DNA of 41,657 bases, taken from Acidobacteriota bacterium. GTDB lineage: Bacteria > Acidobacteriota > Polarisedimenticolia > J045. The notes under the pieces were generated by a model. That model was not told the DNA's origin. It did no database searches and was given only the letters and a program-made list of their open reading frames with translations. Made by a program: the position numbers and the translations under genes. The stretch covers positions 3,542,780 through 3,584,436 of the forward strand of contig CP070706.1 in the NCBI GenBank assembly GCA_020350085.1, read 5' to 3'. This document shows, piece after piece, positions 17,664 through 25,762 of this stretch; position 1 is the stretch's first letter, and every line of letters begins with the position of its first letter.

Positions 17664-18476
17664 TCAGTGGGGCGCGGTCCGCGCACCTTCGGACGAGGAT
17701 GACTCACGAGCGGCCGTTTCGCGAACGCGGGCCAGCCGCTCCGGCGAAGCACCGAGCGCGTCGAGAAGAAGCATCCACTGGTGCCGGAAGAACGTGCAAA
17801 GCAGACCCTCTCGTTCCCAACGACGCGGCGAACTCGGCAACGGCTGATCGAGCAGCACGGGCGGCGAGATGCGGCGCAGTGCTCGCACGAGGTAGACATC
17901 CTCGAACACCGGAACGGCGCGAAAGCCACCGAGCTGTTCGAACGTCTCGCGCCGCACGAACAGACCCTGGTCTCCATACGGGAGCTGGCGCCAGCGTGTG
18001 CGCCACGCGACGAGCCTCTCGATCAAGCGGAATGACCGTCTGCTGCCATGGAGAGCGAAGCGGAAAGCTCCCCAGCTCCTGTCGGGCCGAGTGAGCGCGT
18101 CGGTGATCGCCCGCGCCGCGTCGGCGGAGGGCTCACAGTCGGCGTGCAGGAACCACAACACCTCGCCCCGCGCCTCCCGCGCACCCGCGTTCATTTGAGT
18201 CGCACGCCCGCGGGGGGTCCTCATCGCCCGCACACCGGCCCTGCGGCGCGCCCGCTCGAACGTATCGTCTTGACTGCCGCCATCGCAGACGATGATCTCG
18301 AGCGGCGTCTCGCTGCACGATAGAAGATCGAGCACGCGGTCGATCCGCTGCTGCTCGTTGAGTACCGGGATGATGGTCGTCACTCGCACCGGGACCGCGC
18401 CGAGCTTTCCGTGATCACGATCGTAGCCCAGATGATTCTCAACGACTTCTCCGCTCACCGCGTCCAGGCGAACCAC
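17664..18476 (-). CDS. family 2 glycosyltransferase, TIGR04283-like
   Basis: TTIIPVLNEQQRI...EIIVCDGGSQDDT...RGRATQMNAGAREARGEVLWFLHADCEP. Possible GTG starts at 18476 or 18458; the latter overlaps the upstream stop (GTGA). Confidence 0.8.
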   Translation of the reverse strand: MVRLDAVSGEVVENHLGYDRDHGKLGAVPVRVTTIIPVLNEQQRIDRVLDLLSCSETPLEIIVCDGGSQDDTFERARRRAGVRAMRTPRGRATQMNAGAREARGEVLWFLHADCEPSADAARAITDALTRPDRSWGAFRFALHGSRRSFRLIERLVAWRTRWRQLPYGDQGLFVRRETFEQLGGFRAVPVFEDVYLVRALRRISPPVLLDQPLPSSPRRWEREGLLCTFFRHQWMLLLDALGASPERLARVRETAARESSSSEGARTAPH

Positions 18477-19975
18477 CGTTCGAGCAAGCGCTTGATGCCC
18501 GGTTTGAGGCGAGCTCGGTTGTAGGCGTCACCAATCTTTTTCCAGACCTCGGCCTGCGTCGGGTAGGGATGAATCGTCTTGGCGATGGTTCCCAGACCGG
18601 CGCGCGCGCTCATCACCGCCGTGATCTCGCTGATGATCTCGCCGGCGTGCGCCGCTACGACGCTCGCACCGAGAATCCTGTCGCTCCCCTGCCGTAGATG
18701 GACTTTCGCCATCCCGGCTTGGTCGCCGTCGAGTACCGCGCGATCGACAGCGCCGAACTCCTGCACGATCGTCTGCACGCGCAGACCCCTCTGCTCGGCC
18801 TCGCCGGGAGAGAGACCGACGTGGGCTAACTCCGGATCGGTGTAGGTGCACCACGGTATGATCAGGCCGCTCAGCTTGGCCTTGAACGGGAACAGAGCGT
18901 TCTGAATCACCACGCGAGCCATCGCGTCCGCGGCGTGCGTGAACTGGTACATCGACGCGACGTCGCCGGCGGCGAAGATCTTTCGGTTGGTCGTGCGCAG
19001 ATGATCGTCGACGCGCACCCCGGCGCTCGCATCGTACTCGACACCGGCGGCCTCGAGCCCGAGCCGCTCGACGTTCGGCGCCCGACCGACGGCGAGCAAG
19101 ATTTCGTCAACCTCGACGAGTCGCGCCCCCTCGTCGCTGGAGTAAGCGATCTGCTTCGCATCGCGGCCGCGCGAGACCTGCTCGATCTTCGCTCCGAGCA
19201 CCACGTCGACGCCATCTCGTTCGAGCGCCCGCTGGACACGCTCGGCCAGCTGCGGATCGTCCTTGATCAGGATCCGCGGCATCGTCTCGAGCAGCGTGAC
19301 TCGGGCGCCGAAACGACAGAGCGCTTGCGCCATCTCGCAGCCGATCGGGCCTGCGCCGATGACCGCCAGACGTGGCGGCAGCTCGGTGAGCGAGAACAAG
19401 GTCTCGTTGGTCAGATACCCGGCTTCAGTCAATCCCGGAATCGGCAGCTCGGCCGCGCGCCGTCCCGTCGCGATCACGGCCTTGCTGAATGCCAGTCTCT
19501 TCTCATCGACCGCTAGCGTCTGCAAACCTGTAAATCGAGCCTCACCGAAGAACACGTCCACACCGAGGCTCTGAAAGCGAGCCGCAGAATCGTGCGGGCT
19601 GATCGCTGCCCGCAAACGCCGCATGCGCTCCATCACCGCCGGAAACGCGACCTGAACACCGTCTGGAACGAGCACGCCGTAGTCGCCGGCCTCTCTCACG
19701 CGCGCCACGGCACGAGCGGCGCGAAGCAGTGCCTTCGACGGCACGCAGCCGACATTCAGGCAATCGCCTCCCATGAGGTGACGCTCGATGAGAGCCACCC
19801 GTGCGCCGAGGACTGCCGCTCCTGCCGCCGCGACGAGACCGGCCGTACCACCGCCGATGACGACGAGATTGTAGCGAGATGCGGGCTCTGGATTGACCCA
19901 TTCGGGCGGGTGCACGTGGCCGACGAGTTTGCGGTTGTGCTCGTCGGCAGGTGAGACCAAGACTCGCTCCATCAT
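18455..19975 (-). CDS. class I pyridine nucleotide-disulfide oxidoreductase, MerA-like (no NmerA domain)
   Basis: MMERVLVSPADEHNRKLVGHVHPPEWVNPEP...NLVVIGGGTAGLVAA...GGDCLNVGCVPSK (redox disulfide). A C-terminal dimerisation domain contains HPYPTQAE. AGGAGA lies about 8 nt before the ATG at 19973-19975. The 609 aa track ORF has an Arg/Pro-rich spurious extension. Confidence 0.85.
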   Translation of the reverse strand: MMERVLVSPADEHNRKLVGHVHPPEWVNPEPASRYNLVVIGGGTAGLVAAAGAAVLGARVALIERHLMGGDCLNVGCVPSKALLRAARAVARVREAGDYGVLVPDGVQVAFPAVMERMRRLRAAISPHDSAARFQSLGVDVFFGEARFTGLQTLAVDEKRLAFSKAVIATGRRAAELPIPGLTEAGYLTNETLFSLTELPPRLAVIGAGPIGCEMAQALCRFGARVTLLETMPRILIKDDPQLAERVQRALERDGVDVVLGAKIEQVSRGRDAKQIAYSSDEGARLVEVDEILLAVGRAPNVERLGLEAAGVEYDASAGVRVDDHLRTTNRKIFAAGDVASMYQFTHAADAMARVVIQNALFPFKAKLSGLIIPWCTYTDPELAHVGLSPGEAEQRGLRVQTIVQEFGAVDRAVLDGDQAGMAKVHLRQGSDRILGASVVAAHAGEIISEITAVMSARAGLGTIAKTIHPYPTQAEVWKKIGDAYNRARLKPGIKRLLERWFAWTR

Positions 19976-20303
19976 CACATTCTCTCTCCTGCCTGCTCGC
20001 GCGCTCGCGTCGACTCGACCAACGGGTTTCGTGAACGATTCGGATCGACCCCGACCAGACCATACTCTACGACGAGGCGCGGGCTGCTGGCTTCGAATCG
20101 TCGCGGGAGGCCTCGATCGTCGTGGCGGAGATCGATGACGAATCGCGCCGCGTACGCGCCAGCAGGCAGATGGAATGGCGCCGCCTGACGCCGCCGCGGC
20201 GCGCCGCGAGCCGCTGGGGGCGAGTCCCCCACGTGTCGGCACGGCGGCCAACGGCGGGCGAGGCAGATCGATTCGGGCTAGCATGTCGCTTCGAGGAGGA
20301 GGG

Positions 20304-20540
20304 ATGATCGCTCCTGAGCAGATTCGACAGCGAATCGAGCGCGCCTTTCCGGGTTCCAGCGTGAGCGTGAGGGATCTGACCGGCGGGCAGGATCACTATC
20401 AGGTGGAGATCGTCTCGGAAGCGTTCGCGGGGCTGCCCGCGGTTCAGCGGCATCGGATCGTCTACGCGATCTTCGAGGACGTTCTCGGTGGCGCGCTGCA
20501 CGCGCTTTCTCTCAGAACGCTCGCTCCAGATGAGTCCTGA
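20304..20540 (+). CDS. bolA: BolA family protein
   Basis: 78 aa. VSVRDLTGGQDHYQVEIVSEAFAGLPAVQRHRIVYAI...LHALSL. GGAGGAGGG lies immediately upstream of the ATG at 20304. Confidence 0.85.
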   Translation: MIAPEQIRQRIERAFPGSSVSVRDLTGGQDHYQVEIVSEAFAGLPAVQRHRIVYAIFEDVLGGALHALSLRTLAPDES

Positions 20541-20558
20541 ATCCACAGGAGAACGTTG

Positions 20559-20882
20559 ATGGCTCGCCAAGTCATGGAAGAGATCAAGCAAGAGATCGCC
20601 GCGAACAAGATCATCCTGTACATGAAGGGCACCCCGGAGGCCCCACGCTGCGGCTTCTCGGCGGCCGCGGTGGACGTGCTGCGGCAGATAGGGAACCCGT
20701 TCAAGGGCATCAACGTGCTCGAGGATGCTGAGAAGTGGGCCGCGATCAAGGAGTACTCCGATTGGCCCACGATCCCCCAGCTCTACGTGGACGGTCACTT
20801 CATCGGCGGCTGTGACATCATGCGCGAGATGTTCTTCAAAGGAGAGCTCAAACCGATCATCGAGAAGGCTGTCGGCCACTGA
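20559..20882 (+). CDS. grxD: Grx4-type monothiol glutaredoxin
   Basis: [18 protein letters not shown]...[19 protein letters not shown], with the CGFS active site. GGAGA lies 6 nt before the ATG. Confidence 0.9.
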   Translation: MARQVMEEIKQEIAANKIILYMKGTPEAPRCGFSAAAVDVLRQIGNPFKGINVLEDAEKWAAIKEYSDWPTIPQLYVDGHFIGGCDIMREMFFKGELKPIIEKAVGH

Positions 20883-21303
20883 GCCGATCACGGGCGAATG
20901 CGAACTCTTCCACAGGCTGGCCGCGAATCAGGTGCTCTTGGATGATCCGCTCCATGACGTCGATCGTCACTGAGTGGTACCACACTCCCTCCGGATAAAC
21001 GACGACGATCGGTCCTCGCTCGCAGATCCGCAGACAGTTGACTTTGCTGCGCAGCAGGCTGCCGTTCCCGGCTGGAGTCGGTGGGGGTGAGCCTGTGCCC
21101 TCGCCGCGCCACGGCGGTGGGGCGCTGGCTAGCGCGAGCTCCGCCAGGCGCTTCTTCAAGTAAGCCCAAACGGCGTTGCTGTCCTCGAGTGAAGCGCAGC
21201 GCGGCTTCGTCTGACCCGCACAAACGAAAACGTGCCGCTTCAGATCGCCGATCGAGAGTGCTCGCGCGATCGTCTCCAGCCGATATCTCTCCGCAGCGTT
21301 CAT
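20857..21303 (-). CDS. thioredoxin-like (2Fe-2S) ferredoxin domain protein
   Basis: [13 protein letters not shown]...[22 protein letters not shown], a four-Cys pattern of the TRX-like ferredoxin family. The start is taken at the ATG at 21301-21303 (MNAAERY). Confidence 0.75.
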   Translation of the reverse strand: MNAAERYRLETIARALSIGDLKRHVFVCAGQTKPRCASLEDSNAVWAYLKKRLAELALASAPPPWRGEGTGSPPPTPAGNGSLLRSKVNCLRICERGPIVVVYPEGVWYHSVTIDVMERIIQEHLIRGQPVEEFAFARDRLSGRQPSR

Positions 21304-21488
21304 CACTCGGTCCAGCTCACGACGAGAGCACCCCACCGAGATCGTTGCGCATCTCGCCGCCGACGGCTCTCCTCGATCCGAGCCGCGCGAATGCGACGAA
21401 CCGGCTTCTCCGACCGCCGGGTCGCGTCAAGCAAGAAACCCTCGCTCGTCAGCTCCAAGACCTTCGACGGCATCACGCTCTCCTCCAT
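21303..21488 (-). CDS. small hypothetical protein (61 aa), tentative
   Basis: Third codon positions are predominantly G/C. Its stop shares a nucleotide with the ferredoxin ATG (TGATG). It fills the gap between the MTHFR-like and ferredoxin genes. There is no clear SD and I recognise no homology. Confidence 0.3.
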   Translation of the reverse strand: MEESVMPSKVLELTSEGFLLDATRRSEKPVRRIRAARIEESRRRRDAQRSRWGALVVSWTE

Positions 21489-21509
21489 CGAAGAACAAAG
21501 CTCGGGAGT

Positions 21510-22427
21510 TCAGATCGTCCGGCGCTTGGCCTCCGTGCGCAGGGGGGCAAGCCCACTGTCTCGTGCGATGCGCTGCAGACGGCTTGCAGCGCTGCGTGTG
21601 GCGAGATTGCTGATGTAAAAGCGTGTCAAGCCGATCTCGATCAGCCGCCGCAGCGTTTCGCCAGCCACTTCGTCCGCCGACAACCCGCGCTCGTTGAAAT
21701 CTCTCGCCAGCTCGGCAGCCGGCACCGGTAGGAACTGCTGCAACCGAGAGAGTGTCTCGGATCGTGCGCTTCGATAGTAAAACACACCCGCGAACAGCGG
21801 AAGATCGAGCCGCTGGCGCTCCGTCTCTCTTACGAGCTGCTGGAGCGGGCCCAGCTCGTGATGTGAGACGACCTGGGTCAGTACGAAGTCGAGGTCGTCG
21901 CGATGCTCGAGCAGGAACCCGACCTGCTCGGCCGGCTCGCGGTACGGATTGGCCCAACCTCCGAGCAGCATCCGAGGGTGTTCTCGCCGCAGTCGCTTGC
22001 GCAGCTGCCACGCGCGCGGCAAGCAGCGCTCGATGCCGTCGTGTGGGTCGCCGCCGAGAACGACAAGCCCGGGAAATCGTTCCCGGCGCGCGCGCACCGC
22101 GTAGCGCAGGCAGTACTCGAGCGGATGCTTGAGCGTCAAGAAGGGCACGATCCGCTCGCGAACCGCGTCGGTGCCCATGTTCTTGGTCAAGTGGGCGAGG
22201 TTTTCCTCTTCGTCAGTGCCGATCGCGTTGTCCGTCAGAAACACGACCGTGTCTCGCGTCGAGAGGCGGTGCACCGCGTGATAGACGTCGATCCACGCCT
22301 CCATCGCGCGCACGCCGTCGAGATCGCGCCTCGGTGGACGCAGCTCGACCGCGAGCAGCGGGTGCGGATCCGCCAGCCGCTGGCGCAGCCGGAACGGCTC
22401 TTCATGAGGGAGTTGAGGTTCTGTCAC
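21510..22427 (-). CDS. methylenetetrahydrofolate reductase (MetF)-family TIM-barrel protein
   Basis: LLAVELRPPRRDL near the N-terminus, VVLGGDP, and TRFYISNL near the C-terminus resemble MTHFR. The GTG start at 22425-22427 overlaps the upstream stop (GTGA). The track ORF extension to 22658 looks spurious. Confidence 0.7.
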   Translation of the reverse strand: MTEPQLPHEEPFRLRQRLADPHPLLAVELRPPRRDLDGVRAMEAWIDVYHAVHRLSTRDTVVFLTDNAIGTDEEENLAHLTKNMGTDAVRERIVPFLTLKHPLEYCLRYAVRARRERFPGLVVLGGDPHDGIERCLPRAWQLRKRLRREHPRMLLGGWANPYREPAEQVGFLLEHRDDLDFVLTQVVSHHELGPLQQLVRETERQRLDLPLFAGVFYYRSARSETLSRLQQFLPVPAAELARDFNERGLSADEVAGETLRRLIEIGLTRFYISNLATRSAASRLQRIARDSGLAPLRTEAKRRTI

Positions 22428-23389
22428 CTGACATCCCGGACGCTCGTGCCCGCCGGCCATGCGTCGCGGGCTGCTCGCGACGAACGGCCGACCGGCGTGC
22501 GCCCGGTCATTGTAGGCTCTGGCGCCGCCGCCGCGAGACCCCGCACGAGACGCGCCAAGCCGCCGAGATAGGCACCGTGAATTAGGATACGTCCGAACAG
22601 CAGCACCAGTATCGCGCCGAGCGCGATGAATGCGGCCGGCGCCGTGCGCGGATCCCACATCGAGCGCAGCATCGCGGCGGCCGTCATCAGCACCATGTCA
22701 GTCAAGAAGGCCGTCCCCGCGGCGATCCACGGCCGGATCGAGCGCACGACGCGGTCGGCCGACCACAACAGCGCGAGCAGACCGCTGCGCCTCTCGAGAG
22801 CCACGACGCGCGCCCGTGCAAGATCGGCAGCGAGCACCATCGGCGCGACGAGCAACAGCCAAAACAGATCCGGGACCAGACCGTATGCGATCGCCAGACG
22901 CTCGGAGCTGGCTCTCGAGGCGGCGCGCTCGACCTGGGATCCGAGAAAGCCATGAGTGGCGAAGGAGACGAGGCCCACCCACACGAGCGCGGTGATCGCA
23001 ATCGAGATCAGCGCCGGGCTCTGGGCCAGCGCCCGCGCCCAGGCGGAGCGTAGTCCCGGCCACGGTCCCGCGGCGGCACGCATCAGCACGGAGTCTGACC
23101 AGGCGAAAGCGACCATCGCGAGCAGTCCGAGAAGGCCCCACGCTCCGCTCACGGTGTCGCTCCAAGCAAATCTTTCCCAGGGCAGATCGTCGAGCAGGGC
23201 GACGTCGAGCCCGCGCGGGCTCCAAGCGGGATCCACGCGCCACGCCAGCGGCTCGTAAATCGCCGTTGTCGCGACGAGGGTGCCGCAAGCTGCCAGCAGC
23301 GCGACGAGCACGAGCACCGACAGCGCCGCCGTGGGGCGTTGCAGCACGCGCCCCAACGAGGCCGCGAGCGCCGCGAGCACTGCGGTCAT
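22424..23389 (-). CDS. hypothetical polytopic membrane protein
   Basis: Several hydrophobic spans (LSVLVLVALLAACGTLV, AWGLLGLLAMVAFAW, ALISIAITALVWVGLVSF, LFWLLLVAPMVLAA, FIALGAILVLLFGRIL). The ATG at 23387-23389 overlaps the M1 peptidase stop (ATGA). Confidence 0.6.
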   Translation of the reverse strand: MTAVLAALAASLGRVLQRPTAALSVLVLVALLAACGTLVATTAIYEPLAWRVDPAWSPRGLDVALLDDLPWERFAWSDTVSGAWGLLGLLAMVAFAWSDSVLMRAAAGPWPGLRSAWARALAQSPALISIAITALVWVGLVSFATHGFLGSQVERAASRASSERLAIAYGLVPDLFWLLLVAPMVLAADLARARVVALERRSGLLALLWSADRVVRSIRPWIAAGTAFLTDMVLMTAAAMLRSMWDPRTAPAAFIALGAILVLLFGRILIHGAYLGGLARLVRGLAAAAPEPTMTGRTPVGRSSRAARDAWPAGTSVRDVR

Positions 23390-25677
23390 CCGATCCGCCC
23401 CAGCGCCCACAGGCGCTGGACGAGCTGATGAAACAGTCCCACCATGACACGCACTGTCGACTCCCTGTCCGGCGCTGCGGACCACTGGTTGTTGCTCAGA
23501 TCGCGCTCGAACACCCAGCGCCGCCGCGGATCGACACGCACGGCCACCAGGCGGGACGGGTAGCGTCCCTCGATCGCCGTCCACCAGCCCTCACCGTTCC
23601 AGACAACCAGCTCGCGAGACCCGTCCTCGAACGTCAGCTCGATCTCGACCGGAAGCTGCCAGCGGCCGAGCTGGCGAACGACGATGCGACATACTTGCTG
23701 CGGGACGCGTGTCGGGTGTGAGCCACCGTCGTCCCCCGGCTCTTTTTCGAGCGACGGCCCTTCGGAGCAGTGCACGGGATCGACGGCGTAATCGGCGTAC
23801 CCAGCCACACGCCATACCTGCTCGAAGTAGTGCGCAGCATCGAGACCGATCGGCAGCGCGGAGGGATCGCGCTCGCCGCGCTGTTTCATCTCCCGAGAGA
23901 CGGCCGATGCAGCATGGATGAAATCCTCGGGGCGCGCATGAGCCAGCCAGTGCTGGCGCGCGTAGCGCCGCAGTGCGCGGAATACGGCACGCTCGCCGGC
24001 GACTCTCCGGTAAGCTTCGAGCGTCAGCGCGGCGAGCCGGTAGGTGTGCATCCGATAAGTCTCGCGCTCACCGTAGCTCCAGCCTCGCCGCCAGACGACG
24101 TCGAGCCCGGCGACCGGCTTCCATTGGCGTCGCTCGAGCCACGGGAACCCGATCGATTCGCCGTAGTACGTCAGAGGCGGTAGATCGACGAGATACCGCG
24201 CGGGTCGACCCGTACCCAAGCCGTGCAGTGTGCCGTTTCCGGCCGCGCCGACGAGCCCGAGCGGCCCGGGCGCGGCGTCCGGCTCGATCAACGGCACGGC
24301 TCGGTACTGCCACGGGGAGAACGAGCTGACCAGCCGATCCTCACCAAAACCCCACAGTAAGGCCGTCGACTCGGCGAACGTGTTGAACCCTTCGTCGAGA
24401 AACGGGTTCTCGAATTCGTCGTTGGCGACGATGCCGTAGAACCACTGATGCCCGACCTCGTGGACGGTCACCGCCTCGGGGTTGAGCCGCCCGCTGGGCG
24501 TCAACAGTCGCGCGCCGGCGGTGATCACCATCGGGTATTCCATGCCGCCGGCTCGACGTGCGTCGTGTTGCGGATCGACCGCTCTCAACACCGGATACGG
24601 ATAGGCGCCGAAAGCGCGACCGAACCAGACGAGTCCGACCTCCATCGCGCGCAAATGGCGCTCGGCCAGGTGTTGGTGCTCGGGCTGGAGGTAGACCTCG
24701 AGCGTCACGTCGCGCAGCAACATCTCGGCTCCCGTCGCCTCGGGACCGAGCAGCGCGAGCCAACGCGCTTCCTCGAGCGGATCGCGGTGCTGCCCGCCGC
24801 GAAAGCGTCGCCCCACGACGACGAAATCGGGATCCGCGAACCAAGCGAAGTCGTGAACCTCTCGTGCCTCGTACGTCACGGAGTATCGTTCCGTATCGTC
24901 GCGGGGTGTCTCGTTGATCCGCACGCCGGTTGCGGCGACTTTCCCTCGGTACTGCTCGGGCAGATTCAGCGTCACGCTGTAACGGCCGTAGTCGGCATAG
25001 AACTCGGTCAGCCGATGAAACTGGGGACAGTTCCAGCGCGCCGGAGCGGATGGCGTCTCGCGCGGCGGCTCGAACACGCCCAGTTTGGGAAACCACTGAG
25101 CCGCGGCGATGAAATCACCGGCACGGCCCGTCCGCGCGCGGATCGCCGGCAGGCGGCTCTTGAACTCCAGCTCGACCGTGATCGCCCCGCCGGGCGCGAC
25201 AGCCTCGGGAAGCGCGAGTCTCGCGACGGTCCGGTCCTCGACGTTCCCGTCGTCCGGCGCCGTCGTGCTCAGACGGGCGCTCCAGTCCTCTCCGCCCGGA
25301 CCGCTGACCCTCGTCACCTCGATGCCGCCGAAAGATCCCGCCTCGCTCAGCGATCGGCCTGAAGGGGGGCTCGTGCGGGTCAATCCTTCCAGCATCCAGG
25401 TCGTGCGTCGATGCGCGAACGCGTTGAGGTAGAGACGGAACCACAGCTCCTGAGTCGGACTGGACGTGGTGTTCTTCCAGCTCACTCGCTCTCGTGCGTG
25501 AATCGAGCCGGTTTCTGCGTCGTAACGCGCCTCGATCGTGTACCCGACGCGATGCTCGTCGGAGCGCGGGCTGGCGCGCACGCCGAGGCACGCCGCGAGC
25601 AGGACCGTCGAGACAACGAGTGCTGCAGCCGCGGCACCGCGTCGTGCCCCCGCTGCGGAAAACGCGACCTTTTTCAT
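23386..25677 (-). CDS. M1 family metallopeptidase (aminopeptidase N-like), probable lipoprotein
   Basis: VHEVGHQWFYGIVANDEFENPFLDEGFNTF (HExxH plus E). The signal carries a lipobox LLAAC. ATG at 25675-25677; the track starts at TTG 25686. Confidence 0.9.
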   Translation of the reverse strand: MKKVAFSAAGARRGAAAAALVVSTVLLAACLGVRASPRSDEHRVGYTIEARYDAETGSIHARERVSWKNTTSSPTQELWFRLYLNAFAHRRTTWMLEGLTRTSPPSGRSLSEAGSFGGIEVTRVSGPGGEDWSARLSTTAPDDGNVEDRTVARLALPEAVAPGGAITVELEFKSRLPAIRARTGRAGDFIAAAQWFPKLGVFEPPRETPSAPARWNCPQFHRLTEFYADYGRYSVTLNLPEQYRGKVAATGVRINETPRDDTERYSVTYEAREVHDFAWFADPDFVVVGRRFRGGQHRDPLEEARWLALLGPEATGAEMLLRDVTLEVYLQPEHQHLAERHLRAMEVGLVWFGRAFGAYPYPVLRAVDPQHDARRAGGMEYPMVITAGARLLTPSGRLNPEAVTVHEVGHQWFYGIVANDEFENPFLDEGFNTFAESTALLWGFGEDRLVSSFSPWQYRAVPLIEPDAAPGPLGLVGAAGNGTLHGLGTGRPARYLVDLPPLTYYGESIGFPWLERRQWKPVAGLDVVWRRGWSYGERETYRMHTYRLAALTLEAYRRVAGERAVFRALRRYARQHWLAHARPEDFIHAASAVSREMKQRGERDPSALPIGLDAAHYFEQVWRVAGYADYAVDPVHCSEGPSLEKEPGDDGGSHPTRVPQQVCRIVVRQLGRWQLPVEIELTFEDGSRELVVWNGEGWWTAIEGRYPSRLVAVRVDPRRRWVFERDLSNNQWSAAPDRESTVRVMVGLFHQLVQRLWALGRIG

Positions 25678-25762
25678 CGGGATCAAGCTATCCCGCGCCG
25701 GCCCTGGATGTAAAGCGCGCGGAGAGTGCCTCCTCTCGTGAGCGGCTCACGAAACGGGACAC

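Noticed and set aside
18455-20284. Long N-terminal extensions of track ORFs. This one reaches 20284. Similar extensions occur at 7952..9274, 21510..22658, 22424..23584, 31138..32022 and 34302..35024.
   Set aside because: The extensions are Arg/Pro/Gly-rich and overlap neighbouring genes or intergenic promoters. They precede internal starts that have good SD sequences and proper N-termini such as signal peptides or Rossmann starts. I trimmed them to the internal starts.
20067-20891. 274-aa (-) ORF
   Set aside because: It is antisense to the BolA and Grx4 genes, both of which have unmistakable motifs (CGFS).
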